A stretch of DNA of 64,000 nt from Selaginella moellendorffii (GCF_000143415.4 NW_003314315.1:682001-746000), one strand, 5' to 3'. Shown: positions 23,369-37,410, numbered from the stretch's first letter. Notes: generated by a model from the letters alone, not told the origin. A program made the numbers and translations.

Positions 23369-23808
23369 GGAGACTACACTCAACTCCCCACGAGGATGTC
23401 GAATCCGTAGACATATTCTACAGAGGTTGGGTTCGAGTCCCAACCCCCTAGTAAAGCAAGGCTGGGTTCAAGTCCCAACCCCATACTAGGGCATGGTGGG
23501 GTGAGGGGTATAGGGACACCTATATTCTGTTGTTATGGGCTCTTGGCTGGGGAGGCTAACTTAGGCACACCGCTAAGTGGGGGGATGCCCCTAAAGACAT
23601 GGTTAACAAGTCATAGGATTAAAAAAAGACGTTCGATGTGGGCATCAAATTTCTTTTATGGGTGGTGGAGTTGTAAGGAACCAACTCCCTGAGGTGTTGT
23701 AGGCTAAAGGATCCCCGAAAGCATGACCGAAATGATAAAGAGTTCATCGGATGGGACCGAGTCTGAGATCGAGTCCAAAACCGACTTTGAGACCAAGTTC
23801 GAGATTGA

Positions 23809-26800
23809 TGTGAGACACAAAATCCCTAGACCCCAAAGTGGAGCCGGAAGGTTGCCACGTGGTAGTGGCCGAAGCGAAAGCCAAACGAACGTAACACGTT
23901 TGGACTAAAAGCTCCAACTTGAAAGGTCGACAGCGGGAGTGGAACTCCTAACAAAGGGCTTGAGGAACAAGCACGAAGCGAGCAATAAGTGAGACTCCAA
24001 AAAGGCACCCAAAAGGACCAACACATGACACGTGGAAGTGTCCGAGATGGAGTCCGAGATGGACCTGAGTTGGAGTCCCAGATGGAGTCCGAGGTGGAGT
24101 TCGAGGTGGAGTTCGAGATGGAGTCCGAGATGGACCAAGACGGAGTCCGAGATGGAGTCCGAGGTGGAGTCCAAGATGGAGTCTGAAGTGGAGTCCTAGA
24201 TGGACTCAGACGGAGTCCGAGATGGAGTCCGAGATGGAGTTCGAGATGGACCGAGACGGAGTCTGAGATGGAGTCCGAAATGGACCGGAACGGAGTCCGA
24301 GATGGACCTGAGATGGAATTCGAGATGGAGTCCGAGAAGGACCTGAGATGGAGTTTGAGGTCGAGACCGAGACCGGGACCGAGACCGGGACTGAGACCGA
24401 GACCGAGATCGAGACCGGGACCAAGACCGAGACCGAGGCGGAGGCCGAGACCGAGCTCGAGCCCGAGTCCGAGTCCGAGTCTGAGTCCGAGGCCGAGTCC
24501 GAGTCCGAGTCCGAGTCTGAGTCCGAGTCCGAGTCTAAGTTTGAGTTTGAGTCTGAGAGGGTGAAAGCCCAAAGCGTTCATCTCCCAGACCCTGGGGGGT
24601 TTGGTGAGCTCCAAAAGTATAGTAAGGGGGAGGACTGCAGTGGAGCCAATTTAGCCAAGAAAGGCCAGTTTGGCCCAAGAAGGCCAAACCCAGTGTTGGG
24701 TGATGAATTGATCACTGGGAAGTCCAAGACTAGAGTGAATACGGACCGACAAGTGGGGTAGCTTAGTGAAGTGTTCAAGAGCTGGCTCTAGTTCCCCCGG
24801 GAGATCGATTGGCCGATACTCCCAGTCCAAGTGTGGGTGGCACTACCTACTTGGATACTAGGCGTGGCTCAACGAAACCTCGCTCTAAACCCATGGCTAG
24901 AGCATCTAAAGGCGGAAGGTGGGGAGAGTACCCACGGGGCTCGCGTAGGCCCACGGTGTTCCGAAATGTTGCCCCGGAGTCCCAAATGGGGGAAAGGAGG
25001 AGGAGCAGTCCTCTAGTGTAGTGACTAAGGATACAGTCACATGGTGAGGAAGTCCCAGAGGACCATGGGACTTAGTGGTCGGGCCTGTGGGCCTTGATCT
25101 AGTGGCAGTGTCGATGGACATGGCCATGGACAGAAAAGGGACTTGGTAGGAACTGAAAAAGGGATATTGGGGAAGGTTATTCCCTATGTCTGTAGGCATC
25201 CTAAGGATGCTAAGGAGTGGATCTGGGTTGACCACTCGTGGACGGATGGCCTAGTCTTGGAGAGATGGGATTGTGATGTAAGTGGTATTGGACCACTAGT
25301 GCGGCAAAGGTGAATGAGCATGGCCTTAATGTAACGGGCCGATATGTCAGTGGTACCTTTGGGTGTCAGTCTTGGGACCAGACACGTGGAGCACTTGGAC
25401 CAAGTGCAACGGTTGAGTGGCACGGGGGCCATTCTTGGGGCTAGCAAGTCCCCAAGTCTGGAATAGGATTTATGGAGGTTGTGAGTGAGACTCCTCCAAG
25501 TGGTCGGAGGTGTGGTTAAGTGACTAAAGTAGAATGGAAACTTTAGTCGCTTACAACTTGGTATCGAAACTGTTCCTTAGTCCAACTTTTATTGGTGCTC
25601 AAGTATACCACCATTGATATTGGCATCGGAAGGTCCTAGGAGTGGGCCTATCCTTAAGGAGTAGCATGTTGAGAGGACATGGCTCTCCACTCAAGTTCAT
25701 GCGTGAACTTGGGTGCGATGTGGTGGATAGAAAAGGGGCCAGTAAGGGAACGACTTTGGGATCTTGGGAACAGTATAAGGGTTTCCTCAGAGAGTTGAGG
25801 ATGTGATTTAGATGAGCGTTTGACTTAGCAAACTGGCTGATGTAGTTGTGGTAAACAACTACAGTTGGGATCACGAGAAAGATGCAGACTCCAAAATAAT
25901 AAAGGAGTCACAAGATAATCCGCACATAGTTGAGGCTGGTGCTCATGAATTTGAAACCGTAATTGATGACCATGAGAGGTCAAGTACGGATGAGGGCAAG
26001 AGCCCTTGAAATGGTAGTTGGGGCTATCTTTTATAAATGCTGGAACGAACCCAAGGAGTTGAGGGTGTGCTCAAAGAATGAGTCAGCATTCTCATCATGG
26101 GGACGGATAGTCCTAAGGGGCAAAAGGCAGCCCACAGAGAACGGGAAATAATGAAGTGTTAGAGTAACACTTGCAAGATGGTCCTTATGAGTAGGACATG
26201 AATACATGAAGTTGTATTCGAGTGAGCTGGCACCTCAAAAATAGAACCTTATGGGTCGTTGGTTTAGTGAAGTCCAAAAATGCTGGATGACTCAAGTAGG
26301 GTCAAAGAATGGTCCTAAGGGATTGGTTGAAGCATTTAGACTGAGGTGTATGCTGCCCCATGAGGTATGGGGAGGATCATAAGATCCAAGTATGAGAACA
26401 GGAGATATTTCATTGATGGCAGAATGTGCCATACTAAAGTTGTGGGAAAGATGTTCCCAGAAAAAAGCAACTTTGGCCCAGAGTTGGGGACAAACATTAT
26501 AGTGCGGTGCTAACGGATAGTTAGCATGAGGCACAACTATATTGGTCTTGGCAAAGACCTAGACACTAATAAGTAGTGTCATAAGGATAGGCTCATGGGG
26601 CCAATGGTGTGGAGATACCAAATGTGCCAAAGTGTGATACCTTAAGGTTATGTTGGTGGGTTCATAAGAACCCCTTGCCAAAGGGAATCCCAAAGGAAAT
26701 GGGAATGGTATAGCATAAGTTGGAAGGCATGTGGTAGAGTGGGGTGACCAAAACAATTATGGAGGTGTAGAAGCACCAACAATGAGTTGTAGAACTTGAC

Positions 26801-29800
26801 AACTATGAGGCAACTAAGCAAAAGGTGCAAGATAATTGGTCAAACTAGTAGAAGGTAGTTACCCAAGATTTCTTAATGGCATAAAGAAGTTAGATATACC
26901 CTTACGAGGGATAAATTGCTTATGTTGCGATATAGTAAGTCAATGTCATAAAAGGGAATGCTCATTGTCAAACAGGCCATCATTTGGGACACCAAAACAC
27001 TCTAGGACACCGGGAGGTGGTGTTTGATGTCGCGAGGGCAATAGATAAAGCCCAAGGGAATAAGTCCCTAGCGAATGATGGATAGAAGGTGCTATTCAAA
27101 TGTCCAAGGTTGCGGAGACGGGAGAAGACTGTCAACCCAAATTGGACAAAGCCAAAGATGGAATTTTGGCAAGGCTAGTGATGGGCATATAAAGGCACAT
27201 AAGCAACAACATTAATCCTGGTGTGTGGGATTATAAGGTGAGCATACCTGGATTGAGGAACCACTCCCTAGGCTATTGGGTAGGTTCATCCCTAAGAATA
27301 CTTGCTAAGGCATGATAGAAAGTGCGAAGCTATCCTCCTAGTTTGGAGGAGAATGACCGAAGGAAAGGTGTGAAGCCAAAAGCAAGTAGTAAGGGGATAA
27401 AACCAAATTATAGAAATCGAAGGGCATAACCAAGGGTGGTTATGCCAATTGAGAGTGGAGAATCAAGTGGGGGCTCGAGGGTGTTGTTGCTAGCAACTGT
27501 GATGCCATGAAGAGTCTAAAATATGGAATTGTCTATACTAGACTATATGGCAACTAGAAAGCTTGCGAAAAGGGAGGCCTTAGCAAACTAAGGGACAAAG
27601 TTTCTTCAAGGTTCCCAAAGACGATTCTAGGTAGCTTAGTACCTAGAAAGGCCAAGTGTAAATGGTTCATGGAACGCGCGAAACCAGAGTGGCGCAGCAA
27701 GAAGCATGGTCTTGAAGCTTGCCATGAGGCAAGGCTATCAAGGTTAGGGAAGTAGTTCCCAAGTGTTCAAAGAGAGGGCTTTGAATAAAGGTCGATGGTC
27801 AAGGACTTTCACGCATATGCAGGAACCATGTTACGGTGGTCGGAGGACTTGCCAAGCGAGATTGGCAAGACGGGGGAACAAATACCCGAGTTGAAGGTGA
27901 TAACTTCAAAAGGGTGGGCCAGGGGGCCAAGCATGGAGGAGTCCATGCATGATCACAGACATGTCAAGTGAGAAGACTTGGTAGTGTGGAGGAACTAGGT
28001 TCCTAAGCTGTGATCTATAGCGCGCTTTAAATATAAGTTGGTGCACCGGCGTGGGGAGTCACGCCAGGCATCCAGGGTGATGCCGTCTGTAGATGCATAT
28101 ACGGAGGTTGGGTTCGAGTCCCAACCCTCTAGTGCTTGGGTTAGAGTCCCAAATCACTAGGGCGTGGTGATGGTTTGGAATATGAGGACACTCATATTTC
28201 GGTGGTCATAGACTCTCAATGAGGAGACTGGTTTGGGCACACTGCCAAGCGAGGGATGCCTCGGAGTCATGATGCACAGTTAGATTGCTTAGAGTGAAAG
28301 CTCGGCATATCTAACTTGAACACTTTGGTGCAAAGGGCACCAAGGACGTGGTGAATGAGATGGGGACACCCAGTCTTAGTTGCTATGGATCCTTGGCCGG
28401 AAGGGCTGGCTTGGGCGCACCGCCAAGTGTGGGGGATGCCCCCGGGGTCATAGTCAACAACTTAGAAGAGTCTGGAAGACCTAGTTCCTATTGGTAGACC
28501 TATTAAGGGGTCAAGATGATATCACTAGGTGATCTTGTGGCTAAACAAGGACAAGGTCTTTGTTTGGGTTAAGGGATATGATTCCTAATTCAAAGTGTTA
28601 ATTTGAACTATTGATAATGGTGTGGCTTGGTCAAGGTGACCAAGTGGGAAGAACACCTATGGGAAATGAGCTATATCACTGCTATGGCATAGAAAGTTTG
28701 AAGAAAGTAGTCTCTATAAGAGATCCGAGGGTCTCAAAAGTTAGACCATGGATAGAGCCCACAGTAGAAAATGCTAAAGAGACGTACTAGGGGTGAACAC
28801 CCTCTGGACCTGGCAAAGCAAAGTGTTTGCTTGGAACTGAAAGGAAACCTCGAAAGTGGAAGTAGCGATCCTATGTTGCTGGGTGCAACAATCAAGGATA
28901 GGAGCAAAAGACTAGTGGCTAAGAAAAAAGCCATGGGAATCATGAGAAAGAATCCAAATGGCAAAGTTAGGCCAAGAACACTAATGTGTTGGGTGCTAAC
29001 AGATTGTGGGAAAGGCAATATTTCCCCAAGGGTGGATTCCCAACCGCTCCAATTTGGCAAAAGTGGATGCTCCAAAGGGGGGAGCGGTAAGGTAGCCAAA
29101 TAATAGGGCCATGGGTAGCCCTAGCACCAATTATGATAACTGGAACTTAGTGCCAAAGGTGGCACGATATCGAAGAAAGGATGATAGTACCCTCAATTTA
29201 AGAACTTCCTAGGATAAGGAAGTGGAGTTGCACCATGTGCAACGTAAGGTATCGAAGACATCTAGGAAATTGACTGTGAGAAGTCAAAGTTAAAAGTTCC
29301 AAGTGCAAAGGTTATGTCCATGGAATCTGAGACTACTCGAGAATGAGTAGTGGAATTGAGTTAGAGAGGGTGTCTCTAACCGGTTTAGCGGGAACTAAAC
29401 CAATAAAAGGGAGCAAACCACCCCAGGTGGTCGAGTGAGTCTCTAGGTTGGAGAGACTATGCTCCTTAGAGGATGGACAAGTCATGGTGAGCCTTCGGTG
29501 TCAAACCATAGACAAATATTGGCTGGGTGCCAAGGATGGAAATGGTAATACATGCGGATGTTACTTTATAAAAGAGTTTACTGTTCGATGAGGACATCGA
29601 ACTTCGTCTATGGGTGGTGGAGTTGTGAGACACAAAATCCCTAGGCCCCAAAGTGGAGCCGGAAGGGTGCCACGTGGTAATGGCCGAAGCGAAAGCCAAA
29701 CGAGCGTAACACGTTTGGACTAAAAGCTCCAACTTGAAAGGTCGAGAGCGGGAGTGGAACTCCCAACAAAGGGCTCAAGGAACAAGCACAAAGTGAGCAA

Positions 29801-30223
29801 TAAGCAAGACTCCAAAAAGGCACCCAAAAGGACCAACACATGACACGTGGAAGTGTTCGAGATGGAGTCTGAGATGGACCTGAGTTGGAGTCCGAGATGG
29901 AGTCCGAGGTGGAGTCCAAGATGGAGTCCAAGATGGAGTCCGAAGTGGAGTCCGAGATGGACTCAGATGGAGTCCGAGATGGACTCAGATGGAGTCCGAG
30001 ATGGACTTCGAGATGGACCGAGATGGAGTCCGAGATGGAGTCTGAGATGGACCGGGACGGAGTCCGAGATGGAGTCCAAGATGGACCCGAGATGGAATTC
30101 AAGATGGAGTCCGAGAAGGACCCGAGATGGAGTCCGAGGTCGAGACCGGGACCGAGACCGAGACCGAGACCGGGACCAAGACCGAGGCCGAGACCAAGGC
30201 CGAGACCGAGTCCGAGCCCGAGT

Positions 30224-30264
<41 letters not shown>

Positions 30265-31363
30265 GCCGAGTCCGAGTCCGAGTCCGAGTCCGAGTCCGAG
30301 TCCGAGTCCGAGTCCGAGTCCGAGTCCGAGTCCGAGTCCGAGTCCGAGTCCGAGTTCGAGTCTGAGAGGGTGAAAGCCCAAAGCGTTCGTCTCCCAGACC
30401 CTAGGGGGTTTGGTGAGCTCCAAATGTATAGTAAGGGGGAGGACTGCAGTGGAGCCAGTTTGGCCAGGAAAGGCCAGTTTGGCCCAGGAAAGGCTAAACC
30501 CAGTGTTGGGTGATGAACTGACCACTGGGAAGTCCAAGACTAGAGTGAATACGGACCGACAAGCGGGGTAGCTGTGAAGTGTTCAAGAGCTGGCTCTAGT
30601 TCCCTCGGGAGATCGACTGGCCGATGCTCCCAGTCCAATTGTGGGTGGCACTACCTACTTGGATACCAGGCATGGCTCAACGGAACCTCGCTCTAAGCCC
30701 ATGGCTAGAGCACCTAAAGGCGGAAGGTGGGGAGAGTACCCACGGGGCTCGCGTAGGCCCACGGTGTTCTGAAATGTTGCCCCGGAGTCCCAAATGGGGG
30801 AAAGGAGGAGGAGCAGTCCTCTAGTGTAGTGACTAAGGATACAGTCACATGGTGAGGAAGTCCTAGAGGACCATGGGACTTAGTGGTCGGGCCTGTGGGC
30901 CTTGATCTAGTGGTAGTGTCGACGGACATGGCCATGGACAGAAAAGGGACTTGGTAGGAACTGAAAAAGGGATATTGGGGAAGGCTATTCCCCATGTCTG
31001 TAGGCATCCTAAGGATGCTAAGGAGTGGATCTGGGTTGACCACTTGTCGACGGATGGCCTAGTCTTGGAGAGACAGGATTGTGATGCAAGTGGTATTGGA
31101 CCACTAGTGCCGCAAAGGTGAATGGGTATGGCCTTAGCATAATGGGCCGATATGTCAGTGGTACTTTTGGGTGTCAATCTTGGGACTAGACACGTGGAGC
31201 ACTTGGACCAAGTGCAACGGTTGAGTGGCACGGGGGCCATTCTTGGGGCTAGCAAGTCCCCAAGTCCGGAATAGGATTTATGGAGGTTGTGAGTGAGAAT
31301 CCTCCAAGCCATTGAAAGTGTGGTTAAGTGACTAAAGTAGAATGGAAAATTTAGTCGTTTACA
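23809..31363 (+). mobile_element. Complete non-autonomous LTR element of family A (LARD-like), nested in the 3' LTR of B; TSD ATTGA
   Basis: LTRs 23809-25555 and 29624-31363; PBS tggtatc at 25559; PPT atgggtggtggagt; attga on both sides. The 4-kb interior has no long ORF. Confidence 0.93.
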
Positions 31364-32314
31364 ATTGAGTCCGGGATCGAGTCTGAAGCTGACTTGGAGA
31401 CCGAGTTTGAGATAGATTCGAGATTAGGTCCGAAGTTGAGTCCGAGATTGGGTCCGAGATCGAGTCCGAGACCGAGTCCGAAGTCGGGTCCAAGATGGAG
31501 TCCGAGTCCGAGATCAAGTCTGAGACCGAGTCCACGTACTAATACAGGTCAAGGGGTGAAAGCCCAAAGCATGTGTCTCCCCGGGGGGGGGGGGGGGGGG
31601 GCCTTAAGGGTACTTCTCATTTTTTTCTGGCTAAAGGGGTCTACGAAACAATTCTATGAGAAACAACACATCTTATCTTCAAAGTGTACTCCACGTAAAT
31701 CCCGANNNNNNNNNNNNNNNNNNNNNNNNNNNNNNNNNNNNNNNNNNNNNNNNNNNNNNNNNNNNNNNNNNNNNNNNNNNNNNNNNNNNNNNNNNNNNNN
31801 NNNNNNNNNNNNNNNNNNNNNNNNNNNNNNNNNNNNNNNNNNNNNNNNNNNNNNNNNNNNNNNNNNNNNNNNNNNNNNNNNNNNNNNNNNNNNNNNNNNN
31901 NNNNNNNNNNNNNNNNNNNNNNNNNNNNNNNNNNNNNNNNNNNNNNNNNNNNNNNNNNNNNNNNNNNNNNNNNNNNNNNNNNNNNNNNNNNNNNNNNNNN
32001 NNNNNNNNNNNNNNNNNNNNNNNNNNNNNNNNNNNNNNNNNNNNNNNNNNNNNNNNNNNNNNNNNNNNNNNNNNNNNNNNNNNNNNNNNNNNNNNNNNNN
32101 NNNNNNNNNNNNNNNNNNGAGATTTGGGAATCCATGGATGAATAGCTAACGCTCCATTGCTCGTGCAATGAGTAACTGAAACCAAGTAGGACCAAGTAGG
32201 AGCTAGCACCATAGGCGGAAACCTTGGCAAGGGAACTTATCTAAAGTCAAGGCAGTGTTGGTTGGATAGACGAAGTAAGCTAGCAAATTAGAAAGGAAAA
32301 ATTTATAGCTTATA

Positions 32315-35012
32315 GTGGTGAATGAGATGGGGACACCCAATCTTAGTTGCTATGGACCCTTGGCCAAAAGGGCTAGCTTGGGTGCACTGCCAAGTATGGG
32401 GGATGCCTCCGGGGTCATGGTTAACAAGTTAAAGGTCTGGAAGACCTAGTACCTATTGGCAAACTTGTTCAGATGACCAAGGTTAGATCACTAGGTGATT
32501 TTACGGCTAAATAAGGATGAGGTCCTTATGAGGTTAAGGAATAAAGTTCCTAGTTCAAAGTGTTGATTTGAACTATTAATAATGGTGTGGCTTGGTCAAG
32601 GTGACTAAGTGGGAAGGACACCTAAAGGGAAATTAGTTGTGCTAGTACGATGGTATAGCGAGTCCAAAAAAGTAGTATCTAGGAAAGACCTATAGGAGGG
32701 TCACAAAGTTGGGCCATTAATGGAGCCTCTAGTAGAAAATGCTAAAGAGACCTACTAAGGGTGAGCACCCTCTGGACTTGGCAAAATAGAACTTTTATCA
32801 TGGAACCAAAAAGATACCTTGAGAATGGAGGTAATAATCTTATGTTGCTTAGTGCAATAATTAACGAATAGGAGCAAAAGACTAGTGGCCAAGTATGGGC
32901 CATGAAATTCATTGAAATGAATCCAAATAGCAAAGTTAGGCAAGGAACACTAATGTTTTGGATGCTAACGGATTGTGGGAAAGAAAATGTATTTCTAAAG
33001 ATGGATTCCCAAATGCTTTAATTTGGCAAAAGTGAAAATTCCAAGGGAGGGAGCGGCAAGGCAGCCAAATGATAGGGCCGTGAACAACCCTAGCACAAGT
33101 GATGGAAAAATGAAATTTAGTGCCAAAAGTTGACATGAAATAGAAAAGAGAATGATGCCCTCAAGTAGAGAACTTCCTAAGATGGGGAAGTGGAGACTAC
33201 ACAATATGTGCAATGTAAAATGTTGGAAACACCCAGGAAATTGACTTTGAAAAGTCAAAATTAAAAGTTTCAAAGTGCAAAGGTTATATTGATAGAAACT
33301 AAGACTACTCGAGATTGAGTAGTGGGATTGAGATAAAGGTGTCTCTAACGAGTTTTAACGAGAACTAAATGAATAAAAGGGAGAGAACCACCCCAAGTGG
33401 TCGTATGAGTCTCTATGTTAAAGAGATTATGCTCCTTAGAGGATGGAAAAAGCATGGTGAGCCTTCAGTGTCAAACCATTGACGAATATTGATTAGGTGC
33501 CAAGGATAGAAAGGGTAATACATGTTGGTGTTACTTATAAAAGGGTTTACCATTCAATGAGGACATCGAACTTCATTTATGGGTGGTGAAGTTGTGAGAC
33601 ATAAAATCCTTAGGCCCCAAAGTGGAGCCGAAAGGGTGCCACGTGGTGGTGGCTGAAGTGAAAACCAAACAAGTATAACACGTTTGGACTAAAAGCTCCA
33701 ATTTGAAAAATTGAGAGCGAAAGTGAAACTCCTAACAAAGGGCTCGAGGAATGAGCACGAAACAAGCAGTAAATAAGTCTCTAGAAAAAGGACCAACACA
33801 TGACATATGAAGGACCTGAGATAGAGTCCAAGATGGAGTTTGAGATGGATTCGAGATGGACCCGAGATGGAGTTTAAGATGGACCCGAGATAGAGTCTAA
33901 GATGGAGTCTGAGATGGACCCAAGATGGAGTCTGAGATAGAACCGAGACTGAGACCGAGTTCGAGTCCGAGTCCGAGTCTAAGTCCAAATATTAATACAG
34001 ACTGTTAGGTGAAAACCCAAAGCGATCATCCCTCGAGGGGGGAGGGGGGGGGGGGCGCTACAAGGGGTTCCGAAAGTATAGTAAGGAGAGTGTGGGGGTT
34101 AGATCCTAGTAGTGCCAGTTTGGCTAGGAAAGGCCAGTTTAGCCCAGGAAGGCTGTACCCAAGTGTTGGGTGATGAGATAACCACTGAGAAGTCCAAGGC
34201 TAGAGTGAATATGAATTAATAAGCGGGGTAACTTAGTGAAATGTTCAAAAGTCAGCTCTAATTCCCCTAGGAGATTGAATTGTCAATGCTCCCAATCCAA
34301 CTATGGGTGGCACTACCTACTTAGATACCTAGCATGGCTCAATAAAACCTTGCTCTAAGCCCATGGCTAAAGCACCCAAAGGCAAAAGGTGGGGAGAGTA
34401 CTTATAAGGCTCATATAGGGCCATGGTGTTCTGAAATGTTGTTCCAAAGTCCCAAGCTATGGAAAGGAAGAGGAGTGGTCCTTTAGTGTAGTGACCAAGG
34501 ATACAGTCATGTGGTAAGGAAGTCCAGCGGACAATGGAACTTAGTGGTCAAATCGGTGGGCTTTATCCCAGTGGTAGTGTTGGCAAACACGGCCATCGAT
34601 AGAAAATGGACTTGGTGGGGACTATAAAAGGGATATTGGGGAAGGTTATTCCCCATGTCTGTGAGCATCCTAAGGATGTTAAGGAGTGAATCTAGGATGA
34701 TCACTCATGGACGGATGGCCTAATCTTTAAAAGACAGGATTGTGATGTAAGTGGTGTTAGACTATCGGTGTGACCAAGGTGAATGGGCATGGCCTTAGCA
34801 TAACAAGTTGAAATGTCGATGGTACTTTAGGGTTCAATCATGGGAGGAGCACTTGGACCCAGTGCAAGGGTTAAATGGTATGGATGCCATCCTCAGGGTT
34901 AGCAAGCCCCAAGTCCTAAATTGGACTTATGAAGGTTGTGAATGAGATTCCTCCAAGTGGTCGGAGGTGTGATTAAGTGACTAAAGTAGAATAGAAAAAT
35001 TAGTCACTTCTA
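32315..35012 (+). mobile_element. 3' half of an older family-A element (interior plus 3' LTR 33593-35012)
   Basis: Colinear with 28348-31363; begins with TSD gtggt; followed by ataat. Confidence 0.9.
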
Positions 35013-35364
35013 ATAATGAAGAAACTAATGAAAAGGTATTCTTTTTATAGTATTTATAACTATTTAATTTTTCTTTATGTAGGCTTGGAGTGAATCACAT
35101 GGCAATTCATGTTTACTATATTTTCAATATCCTTTCTAGAACTTGAGGAGGGAGAAACTACCATACTATTCCAAAAAAAGATAATAATTATGAGGAAATA
35201 AAGTATAAAATGATGAATAGTTTGATTCCATAGCTAGATATATAGATTAATATTGCCAATCTTATTTTACAAATAGAGGGGTACAAAAGGTAGTTTTTAA
35301 AGCTCTCAGAAGTGTGTTTTTCTATCAGAAGTGGACAAATTATAGAAATGGTTAGAAAATTAAA

Positions 35365-36580
35365 TCAAGGTCTCTTAGTGATTGACAATTTGGTGTTACT
35401 CAAGTCTAAAGATGAGCTCTCCCAGGATGAAATCAAGCAAGCATTTGCTCTTGGATGGTGTATTGAATGGGTAAGTTCTTGCATCAATTGATAAAGAATT
35501 TCTAAACAGTTTTTGTTTCTGCTTTTTGCTTTTCCATGCAAAGCTACAAGTTCCATCCTAGTAATGGATGATATAATGGATGATTCATACAACAGTATGT
35601 GAACTTTATTGATGAGCTATGACACAGTCTTTCTTTGTGATTAGGTGGGTGTCATTGTTATGAACAATGCATTAATGCATTACAAACCATGTAACCTAGG
35701 ATTTTGAAGTAGTATTTCCATAGTTAATGATACTACTTTGATCTCCGTGAACTTTTTGACGAGGTGTGTTGATCTGATCACATTGCCAACCTGATTTGTC
35801 CAAATACATCATGGAAATGTAAGTTTTATTCGACTCCATAAGTATCCATAATATTTATCAATGCAGCTACCTCAAGATTTTGAAGTTCAAGACAGTGTTT
35901 TATACTTTCTATTTTCCAGTGAGCAAGAGTGACATTATAAACCAAGTCATTGATGTCATATGAGAATACAAGTTGCTTGTGCTTTGTATATGTCAGACAA
36001 GAGTGACAACTCCAAGTTTGAATCTGTGAAACAAATATTACTACAAATGTGAACCTATTTTTATATTCAGCTCCTTGTGGTTCATTACCTTTGGTTGTTG
36101 ATGGAATTGGCCCTGCAAGATTATTTCTTAGATTGTTATAAACATCCTGACATTATTGGCAAGGTTGGTTCCTTGCTGTTTTGTCTTTCATGTCAAGCTC
36201 ATTGAATAGTCCAGGTTGGAACAAATATCCAAGAGCTATTGAATTAGCAGATGCTAGCCAGAAAGCAAGACAAAAGAGCAATTATGGCAAAAAGGACAAT
36301 GCCTATGTCAAGGAGGTGAAGACAGTGTACAATGACTAGGGCCTTGCAATGAGTATTTTGCTTAGGTACTTCTCTGCTTAGCTATTAGTGAATGCAGGCA
36401 GCTTTCCTAGAGTATGAACAAACAAGCTATAGGAGAATTTTGTGTACTATTGATCAAGAAAAGAGTACTCACTTACAAGTTTGTGGTGTTTTGGAGTTTA
36501 TTACTTTCTGAATATAGTCTGATTACCTTGCAAGGAGTTCTATTGTTCTTTCTAGAAAAACATTGCAAGTGCCAAAAGAA
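35365..36580 (+). pseudogene. FPS: Farnesyl diphosphate synthase pseudogene
   Basis: GLLVIDN...ALGWCIEW / LVMDDIMDDS (first DDxxD, 35561-35587) / FKTVFYTFYFP / VACAL...ILLQM*TYFYIQ / FLDCY.HPDIIGK-VGT; short introns, stops and deletions. Confidence 0.88.
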
Positions 36581-36909
36581 GGAGTGCTTCTTTCGCTGCT
36601 CCTTGTTTTTGCCAACTATATGAGTTTCTCATTTTGTTTCATCATTAGTATTGTTATATGTGGAGCATTAACAATGATTTAGCTCTAAATATTCTTCACT
36701 TTCTCGTGCTAAATGTGTCCCCATCAAATCCAACAAAAGCTGCATATATCTGCTCATTTGTTGACCATCACAAGGATTGGGTATTTTGGAATATATATAC
36801 TAACTTCTTGTTCCAGCTATCTTGTTATCATAGGTCATTGATTGAGCTCTTCTTGTTTCATCATGATGTGAGAATTTGTGCTTGTCAGTAAAGTGTTTCC
36901 TTTACTTTG

Positions 36910-37410
36910 AAAATCATCCTACACCTCAGGAAAGAGCTTCACATCCTCATTCATGGCTGTCCACAAGTTCCAGGTGAGTGTTCGGCTATGGTTCTTTAGC
37001 TTCCTCTCAGCCGATGATGGGCTGTGCTATGTCACCCCAGACGTTAAGCAGGCCATGGATTCCAAGTCCCTCGCCAAGGCCTTCTTCCACGTCTACAGCA
37101 TCTTCTCCACAAACATCAAGCAAAGTGTCTATGGCAAGATTGTGTACGCATGGAAGAATTTTGGCATCGATTATGTGTCACAAGCTTGGTGGCCAGGGCT
37201 AGACACTCCCAATTGAGTATGAGTTCCCAGTTGCATCAAGCTTGGGCTCAGCAGCTAGCACTGGACATTGGCAACAATCTAGCATGAAGCATCAAACTCC
37301 TACTCGGCAATCTTGATCCTGATTGGGGAACTCCTTTCGATCCAGCATCATCCTCCCCCGATTAGGCAGTTGGCTCATTGTTGTAGAATGTGCCCGACAC
37401 AAACAAGATT
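36910..37410 (+). pseudogene. Truncated paralog of the lectin-domain gene at 712-1623
   Basis: Nucleotide homology to 880-1415; SYTSGKSFTS...VSVRLWFFSFLSADDGLCY...WKNFGIDYVS; lectin domain mostly deleted. Confidence 0.88.

Larger units (their letters stand above)
16795..32314 (+). mobile_element. Ty3/gypsy (chromovirus-like) element B with nested insertions; first ~240 bp of the 5' LTR displaced to 59599-59840
   Basis: 5' LTR ends ...ggcttaca at 17647, followed by PBS tggtatcggagc (tRNA-Met) at 17651. PPT atgggtggtggagt precedes the 3' LTR starting tgtaaggaacc at 23672 and ending at 32314. TSD gtggt at 32315-32319 and (reverse complement) 59841-59845. Confidence 0.9.

Noticed and set aside
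23425-23445. tRNA gene or SINE
   Set aside because: Only a T-arm-like hairpin; no A box, cloverleaf or tail seen.
22869-23489. ORFs spanning N runs (also 31394-32230)
   Set aside because: Artefacts of assembly gaps.
31602-31705. Unique sequence after the poly-G in the 3' LTR of B
   Set aside because: Likely low-quality read tail after a homopolymer, directly before a gap.
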